Origin: a bacterium
GTDB lineage: Bacteria; Patescibacteriota; Minisyncoccia; Moranbacterales; UBA1568
Reading direction: 5' to 3'
NCBI GenBank assembly: GCA_021821305.1
Contig: JAKACP010000001.1
Location: 132,934 to 196,933, forward strand
DNA length: 64,000 nucleotides
Part shown: positions 36,872 through 45,355 of the stretch, in pieces
Layout: each line of letters begins with the position of its first letter
Position numbering within the stretch: the stretch's first letter is position 1
Translations under genes and position numbers: made by a program
The notes under the pieces: generated by a model
What the model saw: only the letters and a program-made list of their open reading frames with translations
Database searches by the model: none
Told to the model about the DNA's origin: nothing

Positions 36872-37894
36872 ATGAGAATCAAGAAATCCATCGTCATCTC
36901 GATATTCACGCTGGTGTTTTTTTCTCAGGCGATCGTTTCGGCTCCCCGTGCTCAGGCCGGATACTGGGGTGAGCCTATCTTCGCCGCCTTCATAGATGAT
37001 ATGCTCGAGAAGATCATGCGACAGATCGAGGGAGCGATGCTCGCCGCGCTCAAGGCGAGTGCCGTCAACCTGATCAACAGCCAGGTGGGACAGCTCATCG
37101 GAGGTGCTTCCGCGGGGGAATCGCTTGTCATCAACGATTGGAAGGGATTCCTCTATGACGAGCCGGAACAGCGGGTACAGATAGAGATGGAAAACTTCTT
37201 CGCCTCGATGACGAGCGGCCGTTCGTCGTCCGCGAATTATGGCAGTCCCTATAGTCTGGCATCCGGAAACCCGACTCTCGGCAACTACAGCGCCCGTCTC
37301 GTCGAAGGCGCGAAGCTGAGCCTGGGGACTCCTTATCAGCCGACGGACATATTGGAGGTGTCTCCGGATCCCGAGACCGCGTTAGCGGAGGGGGACCTAC
37401 GAACGCTCAACGCGCTCTTCTCGAATCCGATGAACAATCCTTTCGGGTTCACGCTCGCCGCGCAGAGCTATGAGCGTTCCGTCCGTGAGCGCGAACAGCA
37501 GGAGCAGGTCGTGCAGTCCATCTCGCACGGATATCGGAGTAGCCCAGGCCTCCCGGGAAGCACCGTCGGTCAGTTGGTGGCGGATGCGCAGGATGTCGGA
37601 AACAAGATCATCGCGGCCGCCTCGAACCCGGGTGAACTTGCGAGTGGCATCATCACCTCGCTCGTGAACAAGACGATCACGAATATGGTACAGAAGGGAA
37701 TCGGCGATGTGCAGGCGAATATACAGCGTGAAATCGGGAACGTCGACCGGCAGATTTCGGGGCAGATCAAAACGCTCGACCAGACGCTCGGACCGGCGGC
37801 AGGATTCATCGACGAGGTGCGCCAGCAGACCAATGTCATCGTCAAGCCCGCGACGGACCCCGGCGCCGCCATACCGAAGGGGACATCGCTCTAG
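36872..37894 (+). CDS. Exported hypothetical protein
   Basis: 340 aa; signal peptide ending PRAQA; no motif recognised. Confidence 0.75.
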   Translation: MRIKKSIVISIFTLVFFSQAIVSAPRAQAGYWGEPIFAAFIDDMLEKIMRQIEGAMLAALKASAVNLINSQVGQLIGGASAGESLVINDWKGFLYDEPEQRVQIEMENFFASMTSGRSSSANYGSPYSLASGNPTLGNYSARLVEGAKLSLGTPYQPTDILEVSPDPETALAEGDLRTLNALFSNPMNNPFGFTLAAQSYERSVREREQQEQVVQSISHGYRSSPGLPGSTVGQLVADAQDVGNKIIAAASNPGELASGIITSLVNKTITNMVQKGIGDVQANIQREIGNVDRQISGQIKTLDQTLGPAAGFIDEVRQQTNVIVKPATDPGAAIPKGTSL

Positions 37895-37981
37895 GGGGCG
37901 GTGGACAGCGGCAATCGAAACGAAAACAGCACAGGCTGAGGCCTGGGCTGTTTTTCTTCTTCGGTGGGTGATACTGGATTC

Positions 37982-38013
37982 CCCGCCCGTACCGAACGGT
38001 ACGTTCGGGCGGG
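37982..38013 (-). repeat. 32-bp palindromic insert in the T-loop of the outer shell
   Basis: Minus strand CCCGCCCG-AACG-TACCGTTCGGTA-CGGGCGGG. Confidence 0.85.
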
Positions 38014-38042
38014 GAACCAGTGACTTTTTCCCGTATGCTTTG

Positions 38043-38116
38043 TGGGCGACACAAGATTCGAACTTGTGACCTCCACAATGTCAATGTGGCGCTCTAACCA
38101 ACTGAGCTAGTCGCCC
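38043..38116 (-). tRNA. tRNA-Val(GAC)
   Basis: Reverse complement GGGCGAC/GTCGCCC; CCACA-TTGACAT-TGTGG; GTTCGAATC. Confidence 0.94.
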
Positions 38117-38146
38117 ACAAAGCATGGGATCAATGTTGTGAGGCTC

Positions 38147-38178
38147 CCCGCTCGTACCGAACGGTACGTTCGGGCGGG
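38147..38178 (-). repeat. 32-bp palindromic insert in the D-loop of the outer shell
   Basis: Minus strand CCCGCCCG-AACG-TACCGTTCGGTA-CGAGCGGG; one mismatch to the 37982 copy. Confidence 0.85.
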
Positions 38179-38214
38179 TAACCAGCTGAGCTAATCACCC
38201 GATTTCGTACCCGA

Positions 38215-39090
38215 TTATCCGATACCGGGTACTTCTTTTTGTATCACGTTTTTTTCCTTTTGGGAAGCCTCGTCCGCTGTCTCCGTCTGCGCCGGTTCTT
38301 CGGGAGTCGCGATGAATCGAAAGAACGAGAGCCAGGCGCTTTTCTGGATCACGGCCATCGCGCCCTGGAAAAGGAAGAGCACCGCTATGACGAAGAGGGC
38401 GCCGCCGTTCGAATTGGGGATCAAGGCGTCGCTTATGCCGAGCATGATACCGATAACGACGGAGAAGATGATGAGAACGAGGATCGAGAGGGCTCCGAAG
38501 ACGAGGCTCGTCGCGGCGCGCTTCACGAAAAGCGCATAGGCGAGTTCGACCGAGGATCGGAGGGTGGTTTTCGACAGGACCAGGTAAAAGAACGCGTAGA
38601 TTTCCATCAGGGCGATGACGATGGAAATCGGGAGAAAGACCGCGATACCGAGGAAGGCGAGATTGTTCCAGAGCCCGGGCGTATCCGCCGTGAGCATGGC
38701 CGGAACGAGGAGTACGACGAGCAGAAGGAAGAGCGAAAGCAGTGCACCCACTTCGAGCGCGTAGAGCTTCCAGAACGACGAAGAGATCCGTTTGGATATC
38801 TTTCCGAATGCGGGCTTCCGTTCGGCAAGAGCGAGGATGAGTCCTCCCTTGAAGAACGTCGAGAGCGCTATCGTCACGGGAAGTACGGCGAGGAGCCACG
38901 GCTGCGCCGAGAAGAGGTCGATGGCGGCATAGCGGTACCGATCGAGCGGAGCACCCTCCTCGAGAAGCGATGAGAAGTATTCCAGGCTCGAGAGCGTGAG
39001 CAGAAGTCCGAATGCCAGGGCGACGCGGTTCCTGACCACGGTCGGGATCGCGTCGCGGAAGAATCTGATGAAGAGCTTGAATTCGTTCAT
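38215..39090 (-). CDS. Multi-pass membrane protein
   Basis: 291 aa with about 6 TM helices; downstream of ftsH. Confidence 0.75.
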   Translation of the reverse strand: MNEFKLFIRFFRDAIPTVVRNRVALAFGLLLTLSSLEYFSSLLEEGAPLDRYRYAAIDLFSAQPWLLAVLPVTIALSTFFKGGLILALAERKPAFGKISKRISSSFWKLYALEVGALLSLFLLLVVLLVPAMLTADTPGLWNNLAFLGIAVFLPISIVIALMEIYAFFYLVLSKTTLRSSVELAYALFVKRAATSLVFGALSILVLIIFSVVIGIMLGISDALIPNSNGGALFVIAVLFLFQGAMAVIQKSAWLSFFRFIATPEEPAQTETADEASQKEKNVIQKEVPGIG

Positions 39091-39121
39091 AGGGGATTGG
39101 TCGTTGTTTCGCTTTGGTCCT

Positions 39122-41041
39122 TTATTCCTGAGACGCGGAAGTCGGCTGATCCGACTGATCGGAGGCGGTCGCCGACTCTTCCCGCGTTTCGGGTTCGGTC
39201 GGCTTCACTTCGATTTCCGGGAGCGTCTCTCCCCGTACCAAGGCGTCGAAGGCTTCCTTCTCGAGGGTTTCCCTGACGAGGAGCGTCTGCGCTATCCGCT
39301 CGAGCACTTCGCGTTTCTCCGTCAGTATGGCGGTCGCCTTCTTGAACGCTTCGTCGACGAAGCGGGACACTTCGGAGTCGATCATCTTGGCGGTCTCGTC
39401 GGAGTAGTCGCGTTCCTCATGGAGCTCGCGGCCGAGGAAGACGAGCTCTTCCTTGTGGCCGAAGGTGCGTGCGCCCAAGGTGCTCATCCCGTATCGCGTG
39501 ACCATGCCGCGCGCGGTGTGCGTGGCCCGTTCGAGATCGTTCGAAGGACCGGTGGTCGTATCGTCGAACACGAGTTTCTCGCTCGCGTATCCGCCGAGGA
39601 GGACGGCGAGTTCGTCTATGAAGTAGGCTCGCGAGTGGAGCGTCTTGTCTTCGGTCGGGACGGCGAGCGTGTATCCGCCGGCGTGGCCTCGGGAGATGAT
39701 CGAGACCTTCTGCACCGGATCGGCGTTCGGGAGCGATGCCGCGATGAGTGCGTGGCCGGCCTCATGATAGGCGACGATCTTCTTTTCCTTCTCGTTGATG
39801 ATGCGGCTCTTACGTTCGGGGCCGAGGATGACCTTTTCGATCGACTCCGCCAGCTCGTCCATGTGGATGAGTTTCTTTTTCCGCCTCGTCGCGAGGATAG
39901 CTCCTTCGTTGACGAGGTTGGCGAGGTCGGCTCCGGAGAATCCCGGCGTGCGCTCGGCGAGTCGGCGGACGTTCACGTCCTTCGCGAGCGGCTTGCCCTT
40001 AAGGTGTATCCCGAGGATCTGTTCGCGATCGTTGATATCGGGGAGGTCGATCGTGACGCGCCGGTCGAAGCGGCCGGGGCGCAGGAGCGCCGGGTCGAGG
40101 ACATCGGGGCGGTTGGTCGCGGCGATGACGATGACGTTCGTTTCCGTCTCGAAGCCGTCCATCTCGACCAAGATCTGGTTGAGCGTCTGTTCGCGCTCGT
40201 CGTGACCGCCGCCGAGGCCCGCGCCGCGGTGCCGGCCGACGGCATCGATCTCATCGATGAAGATGATCGCCGGGGCGTTCTTTTTGGCCTGTTTGAAGAG
40301 GTCGCGGACGCGGCTCGCGCCCACGCCGACGAACATCTCGACGAACTCGGATCCGCTGATGTTGAAGAAGGGGACGCCCGCCTCTCCGGCGACGGCCTTG
40401 GCGATGAGCGTCTTGCCCGTTCCCGGAGGGCCGAGAAGCAGCACGCCTTTGGGAATCTTGGCTCCCATGGCGAGGAATTTCTTCGGATGCTTGAGGAATT
40501 CGACGACTTCCTCCAGTTCCTCCTTGGCTTCCCGGGCGCCGGCCACATCGGAGAACGTGATGCGTTTCTTCTTGTCACGCGGGTCGACCATGCGGGCCTT
40601 GGACATACCGAAGCTCATCGCCTGGTTGTTGCCGCGCTGTGCCTGCCGCATCATGAACCAGATGAACGCGCCGATGAGGAGGAACGGTATCAGGAAGGGG
40701 AGTATCGCCGCCGCCCAGAAGGCGCCGCCGGATTCCTTCTTGATCTCCACCGATACCGCGTTCAGCTTCGCGGTGTCGACCCCGTAGTTCTTGAGCGTTT
40801 CGGTGAGCGACGCTTCCGGCTCCTTCTGCGCGACCTGCTGTTTCCCGTCGAGGAGTTCTATCGAGAGCTCGTTCGATTTCACGTCGATCTTTTTCACCTG
40901 TCCTTCGTTGATCTCTCCGACGAGCGCGGAAAGGGAGACCTCCTCCGGGCGGGTTCCGGTGTCCTGATAGAGGACGAGGATTCCCGAGACGATGAAGAAG
41001 ATGATGATGATCGTCGCGATATTCTTGAAAAATTTGTCCAT
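39122..41041 (-). CDS. ftsH: ATP-dependent Zn metalloprotease FtsH
   Basis: [43 protein letters not shown]. Confidence 0.99.
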   Translation of the reverse strand: MDKFFKNIATIIIIFFIVSGILVLYQDTGTRPEEVSLSALVGEINEGQVKKIDVKSNELSIELLDGKQQVAQKEPEASLTETLKNYGVDTAKLNAVSVEIKKESGGAFWAAAILPFLIPFLLIGAFIWFMMRQAQRGNNQAMSFGMSKARMVDPRDKKKRITFSDVAGAREAKEELEEVVEFLKHPKKFLAMGAKIPKGVLLLGPPGTGKTLIAKAVAGEAGVPFFNISGSEFVEMFVGVGASRVRDLFKQAKKNAPAIIFIDEIDAVGRHRGAGLGGGHDEREQTLNQILVEMDGFETETNVIVIAATNRPDVLDPALLRPGRFDRRVTIDLPDINDREQILGIHLKGKPLAKDVNVRRLAERTPGFSGADLANLVNEGAILATRRKKKLIHMDELAESIEKVILGPERKSRIINEKEKKIVAYHEAGHALIAASLPNADPVQKVSIISRGHAGGYTLAVPTEDKTLHSRAYFIDELAVLLGGYASEKLVFDDTTTGPSNDLERATHTARGMVTRYGMSTLGARTFGHKEELVFLGRELHEERDYSDETAKMIDSEVSRFVDEAFKKATAILTEKREVLERIAQTLLVRETLEKEAFDALVRGETLPEIEVKPTEPETREESATASDQSDQPTSASQE

Positions 41042-41057
41042 AGCGATATTCGGGTAT

Positions 41058-42029
41058 TTAGAACTTTATCATGACAACTGTATCACCTTTCGCCTCCGCT
41101 TTCAACTGTCCGGTACGGATCGTCTGGATCTTGTTCTTGGTGCTTCGGAGCATCTTTTTCAGTTCCTTCACGAACGCTTCGCTCGGATTTTTTCCGGTCC
41201 CGGAGACATCGCGGAAAAGACGTCGCAGTTCGCGCGACCGGTCCCGCTCCGGGAGTGAGAGGAACCGTTTGCGTGAGAAGGAGACGCCACCCGGGATCGG
41301 CGTTGCGGGAAGCGGCGATCGGAGCGTGCCTTTCCCTTCGGATTCCTCGGCGAGAATGAGAGCGGTGCGGGCGAGGATGCCTCTCACGCCCGGCTGGTAC
41401 TTCTTTTCGAGAAGGGGGATGAGTTCGTGCCTGATCCGGTTGCGCAGGATGCCCGTGTCCCGGTTGGTCTTGTCGATACGGAAGCCGATACCTTCCTCAT
41501 GGAGGAATCGGAGGATGTCATCTTTCGAGATCCCGATGAGCGGCCGGATGATGAGACCGTTTTTCGGACGGATGGCTCCGAGACCGGTCATTCCGGATCC
41601 GCGAAGGAGCCGCATGAGTACGGTCTCGGCCTGATCGTCTTCGGTGTGGGCGGTCGCGATGAGGTCGAATCCGAGCTTTTTCCGTACGGACTCGAAGAAT
41701 CGGTACCGCATATCACGGAGCGCCTCCTCGTTCCTGCCGGCCGTGTTTTTCGGGTGGGAGACGAAGATCGGGACGTCGTGGTGTTCGCAGAGCGCACGCA
41801 CGAACGCCTCGTCCCCGTCGGAATCCTTGCCGCGAAGGCGGTAATTCATATGCGCGACAACCAGTCGGAGGCCGAGTTTCGCGCGGAGACGGACAAGGAG
41901 GTGGAGGAGTGCCGTGCTGTCGGGGCCGCCGGATATGGCGACGAGTATGGAACTGTCCTTCCCGAACAGATCGAATGCATGCGAAGTATTCCGTACGCGC
42001 TTAAGAAGACCCCTCCCGAAAGAGGTCAA
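41058..42029 (-). CDS. tilS: tRNA(Ile)-lysidine synthase (start uncertain; TTG chosen)
   Basis: VAISGGPDS, RDMRY, TAHTEDDQAET, IIRPL, RNRIR; upstream of ftsH. Confidence 0.93.
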   Translation of the reverse strand: MTSFGRGLLKRVRNTSHAFDLFGKDSSILVAISGGPDSTALLHLLVRLRAKLGLRLVVAHMNYRLRGKDSDGDEAFVRALCEHHDVPIFVSHPKNTAGRNEEALRDMRYRFFESVRKKLGFDLIATAHTEDDQAETVLMRLLRGSGMTGLGAIRPKNGLIIRPLIGISKDDILRFLHEEGIGFRIDKTNRDTGILRNRIRHELIPLLEKKYQPGVRGILARTALILAEESEGKGTLRSPLPATPIPGGVSFSRKRFLSLPERDRSRELRRLFRDVSGTGKNPSEAFVKELKKMLRSTKNKIQTIRTGQLKAEAKGDTVVMIKF

Positions 42030-42039
42030 GGAAAGGTTT

Positions 42040-42609
42040 TCAGGCAGCGTTCCGGTGCTTTTCGATGATCGCCGTGGCCGCTTCGACGGCCTGCTCGAGC
42101 TGCCCATCGTGATTTTCGATGGTGTAGTCATAGATATCGGTATGGTCCAGCCATTCCCGGGTATAGGCCATGCGTTCGGCGAGGTAGGCCTCGCTCGGGT
42201 TGTCGCGCTTCCGTAGGCGCGCTTCGATACTCTCAAGCGGAGCGGATATGAGTATGGCGACGATTCCTGGGAAGAGCCGCTTCGCCGTCACGACGCCTTT
42301 CCACTCCATCTTCCAGACACCCACCTTCCCGCATCCCGCGACGCGTTCGAGTTCGTCTTGTGTCACGCCGTAGAGCTCGTCGTTGTATTCCTGCGCCCAC
42401 TCGATGAATCGCTCCTCGGCAATTCCGGCCTCGAAGACGGACCGGTCGAGAAAATAGTAGGGATGTCCCTCCGCCTCTCCGGGGCGCGGCTTCCGCGTGG
42501 TCGAGGTGATGACGCGCTCGAGGGGGAGGCGATCGGCGAGTTCCTCGATGATGGAGTCCTGGCCGGATCCGGACGGGCCGGAGATGATGAAGAGGTGTTT
42601 CGTGTCCAT
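42040..42609 (-). CDS. gmk: Guanylate kinase
   Basis: ISGPSGSG, TTRKPRPGE..G.PYYF, LYG. Confidence 0.92.
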   Translation of the reverse strand: MDTKHLFIISGPSGSGQDSIIEELADRLPLERVITSTTRKPRPGEAEGHPYYFLDRSVFEAGIAEERFIEWAQEYNDELYGVTQDELERVAGCGKVGVWKMEWKGVVTAKRLFPGIVAILISAPLESIEARLRKRDNPSEAYLAERMAYTREWLDHTDIYDYTIENHDGQLEQAVEAATAIIEKHRNAA

Positions 42610-42653
42610 AATCCGATAGCGAAAGTCCCGCGGCGCGCGGGACTTCGGCTTTC

Positions 42654-43838
42654 TTATTTTTGTTCAGGAGTCGCTTCGGCTTCCTTGGTCTCCTTTTTCG
42701 TGCCTGCCTTTTTCTTGGCGTCGGCTTTGACCGGCAGTAAGCCCATACGGTGGGATTTCGGCTCTATGGAAAGGATTTTCCAATCGTAGGTCTCTCCGAC
42801 CTGGAAGACGTCTTCCATCTTCTTGCCGGGGTAGACGTCCTGGAATTCGCTCACGTGCGCGAGACCGTGGATGTCCTTGTCAAGATAGACGAACGCACCG
42901 AAGTGGTTGATCTTGTCGACCTTTCCGGATACGACCTGGTCGACGGAGTACCGCTCGAGCGCCGTCGTCCACGGGTCGTCGCGGAGCGCCTTCATGGAGA
43001 GCGAGATACGGGTGTCCTCGATACCGATGATCTTGGCCTTCACCTTGTCGCCCGTCTTCACGATTTCGCGAGGATTGTCGATGAGCTGCCAGGCGAGCTC
43101 GGAAATGTGGACGAGTCCCTCGAGTTTCTGGCTGGGCTTCTTGCCGTCCTTGTCCGTCGGAGCGTCGAATTTGAGGAAGGCGCCGAAATCGACGACGCCG
43201 CTGATCTCTCCCTCGACCTCATCGCCGACACGGAGACGGTTGATGAGCTCGCGGTCGCGCTCGCTCTGCGCCGCCTTCTCGCTGACGATGAGCTTCTCGT
43301 TCTCGCGGTCGGCGTCGAGGATGCGGACCTTGATGGTCTCGCCCACGATGGCGCGGAGGAGCTCGAGGATCTTGTTCTTGTCACCGTCCTCGACGCGCGG
43401 GTAGTGCTCGCTCGAGAGCTGTGAAACCGGGAGGAATCCCATGATCCCGTTGAGTTCGATCATGAGACCGCCCTTGTTCGCGTCGAGCACCTTGGTCTCC
43501 ACGACGCCTTTGTTGTCCCGCTTCTCGATCAGATCTTCCCAGGACTTGTCGTAGGATGCCTCGCGGATGGAGACTTCTATGTCGCCGTCCTCGTTCTCGA
43601 AGCTCATGAGCGTCGCGCTCACGGTGTCGCCTTCACGGAGCTTGAGACCTCCTCCGAGACCGCTCTTCATTTCCTTGCCCAAGACGACGCCGGTCCCGAG
43701 CGGTCCGAGGTCGATGATCGCGTGGTTCGAGGAAACGTGGATGACCACTCCCTCGACGACGTCGCCCACCGCCGGTATCTGGACGGTTTCTTCATTTAAA
43801 AGGCTCTGTAAAGCCGATGTAGTCTGTTCTTCGGTCAT
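42654..43838 (-). CDS. rpsA: 30S ribosomal protein S1 (four S1 domains)
   Basis: NKGGL, GFLPVS, FGAF..., GLVHISEL.W, GLAHVSE. Confidence 0.92.
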   Translation of the reverse strand: MTEEQTTSALQSLLNEETVQIPAVGDVVEGVVIHVSSNHAIIDLGPLGTGVVLGKEMKSGLGGGLKLREGDTVSATLMSFENEDGDIEVSIREASYDKSWEDLIEKRDNKGVVETKVLDANKGGLMIELNGIMGFLPVSQLSSEHYPRVEDGDKNKILELLRAIVGETIKVRILDADRENEKLIVSEKAAQSERDRELINRLRVGDEVEGEISGVVDFGAFLKFDAPTDKDGKKPSQKLEGLVHISELAWQLIDNPREIVKTGDKVKAKIIGIEDTRISLSMKALRDDPWTTALERYSVDQVVSGKVDKINHFGAFVYLDKDIHGLAHVSEFQDVYPGKKMEDVFQVGETYDWKILSIEPKSHRMGLLPVKADAKKKAGTKKETKEAEATPEQK

Positions 43839-44160
43839 AATGGTGTTCGTGAAACGGTGCGCGTCCGCTTCGGGTTAGTGATTAGCGCGCCTTACTGATT
43901 AAAAAACCCCGGGCTGAACCCGAAAGTCAGAAGAAGTATAGGGCACCGAGAGCATTTTGGCAAGGGCCGGAGGCCGACGGGAAACGAGGGGGCCGAGGGC
44001 TCGTATCCGTGGCGCTTCATGGAAAATCTGAGGGCACGCGGACAGCTCTCAGGAACAGGCGCGATGGCTCTGCCGATAGGGTTGTTTCCCCTTGGCAAGG
44101 CCGTCTTCGTATGCTAGACTTTCCTTGCTCGAGGAGAGGTTTTTTTGTTTCAAACCGGTT

Positions 44161-44820
44161 ATGAACATCCAATATTACGGCGATTATTGTTTCAAGATAA
44201 CGACAAAGCCCGCGGGACGTGCCACGGACGACATCGTCATCTGGACCGACCTTCCGGAAAAGAAGACCGGCATACGTTCGCCCTTCGGTCACGCGGATAT
44301 CGCCCTTCTCTCGCATGTTTCTCCGGATGACGAGGCGCTCTCCGGGTTGAAGGATGATCCGACCATGATCTATACTCCCGGAGAATACGCGGTAAAGGGC
44401 GTAAGCGTGTTCGGTTATCCGTCATCGCGGGATGAGGAATGGGGGGCGAAGAGCGGGAAAAACACCATTTTCGTGTTCGACTCCGAGGATGTGCGCCTGG
44501 CCTACCTCGGTGCGATCGGGCATACGCTCGATGAGAAGACCGTGGAGAAGATCGGCGATGTCGATATCCTCTTCGTGCCGGTAGGCGGTGAGGACACCCT
44601 CGCTTCCAAGGAAATCGATGCGCTCATCCGCGAAATAGAGCCGAAAATGGTCATACCGATGCACTACAGCCTGCCTTCGGCGACGATTGCCACCTCCGGG
44701 ACGGAGGCCTTCTGCAAGGAAATGGGTTGTTCGCGGGATAATGAGGTTTCGAAGCTCAATTTCAAGAGAAAGGACCTCGACGGGAAGAGCATGGAGATCG
44801 TCTTCCTGGAGAAGTCCTAG
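44161..44820 (+). CDS. Metallo-beta-lactamase-fold protein with degenerate metal motif
   Basis: IQYYGDYCF, PGEY.VKG, DILFVPVGG, PKMVIPMHY; HxHxDH replaced by SHVSPDD. Confidence 0.8.
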   Translation: MNIQYYGDYCFKITTKPAGRATDDIVIWTDLPEKKTGIRSPFGHADIALLSHVSPDDEALSGLKDDPTMIYTPGEYAVKGVSVFGYPSSRDEEWGAKSGKNTIFVFDSEDVRLAYLGAIGHTLDEKTVEKIGDVDILFVPVGGEDTLASKEIDALIREIEPKMVIPMHYSLPSATIATSGTEAFCKEMGCSRDNEVSKLNFKRKDLDGKSMEIVFLEKS

Positions 44821-44845
44821 TCGTTTTCATAAACGTGAATCCGGT

Positions 44846-45124
44846 ATGCGAAACCGCATAGTCGAAAAGATAGAGGAAATACGGCAGAAACCCGAGCATG
44901 TCCGCATCTGGTATGCGTGGGCATCGGTGCTGGTCATCATGTTTTTCGTCATCATCATCTGGATATTCACCCTGCAGGAGAGTCTGCGGGAAAGCGCCCC
45001 TATCGAGGACGTGAGAAAGATCCAAAGCAGGCTTCCATCCGCGGATACGGGGCAGGAAAAGCAGTCCCTGGAAGAGATATTCAAGTCGCAGGGAGGAGCT
45101 TCGGGAAGCTCGGATTACCGATAG
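44846..45124 (+). CDS. Small single-TM hypothetical protein
   Basis: IEEIRQKPEHVR followed by a TM helix. Confidence 0.7.
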   Translation: MRNRIVEKIEEIRQKPEHVRIWYAWASVLVIMFFVIIIWIFTLQESLRESAPIEDVRKIQSRLPSADTGQEKQSLEEIFKSQGGASGSSDYR

Positions 45125-45157
45125 GGAGCGTGGCCGTTTCAAAAGAATGATAATCTG

Positions 45158-45347
45158 AGAGCCTGTCTAATATCTCATGTCGAACTGAAAATTCAGAATT
45201 TCGAGCGAAAATCATGCATCGTGAGAAGGCCTATCGCGATAAGCCGACGAGCGATAAATGATTTGCAGCCGAAATTCTGAACTTTCAGATGACAAGCAAA
45301 AAAAAGTCTTTCTCTTATTTCATGCGTTGAGATATGAGACAGGCTCT
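45158..45347. mobile_element. 190-bp MITE-like element immediately upstream of gyrA
   Basis: TIRs AGAGCCTGTCTAATATCTCA / TGAGATATGAGACAGGCTCT; long internal inverted repeat (TTCAGAATTTCG/CGAAATTCTGAA). Confidence 0.7.
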
Positions 45348-45355
45348 AATACCGT

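Larger units (their letters stand above)
37965..38200 (-). pseudogene. Split outer tRNA-like shell enclosing tRNA-Val(GAC)
   Basis: 5' half GGGTGAT-TA-GCTC..[insert]..GAGC (38200-38143); 3' half GTC-ACTGG-TTC[insert]GAAT-CCAGT-ATCACCC-A (38024-37965). Confidence 0.8.

Noticed and set aside
37965-38200. Prophage/integrative-element att duplication, or group I intron, at tRNA-Val
   Set aside because: The outer halves differ in sequence from the inner tRNA, both 5' and 3' halves are present, there is no integrase, and the inserts are far too short for self-splicing introns.
42030-42236. gmk-tilS fusion or long TilS N-terminus
   Set aside because: The genes are in different frames and gmk has its own stop; the extension is an overlap artefact.
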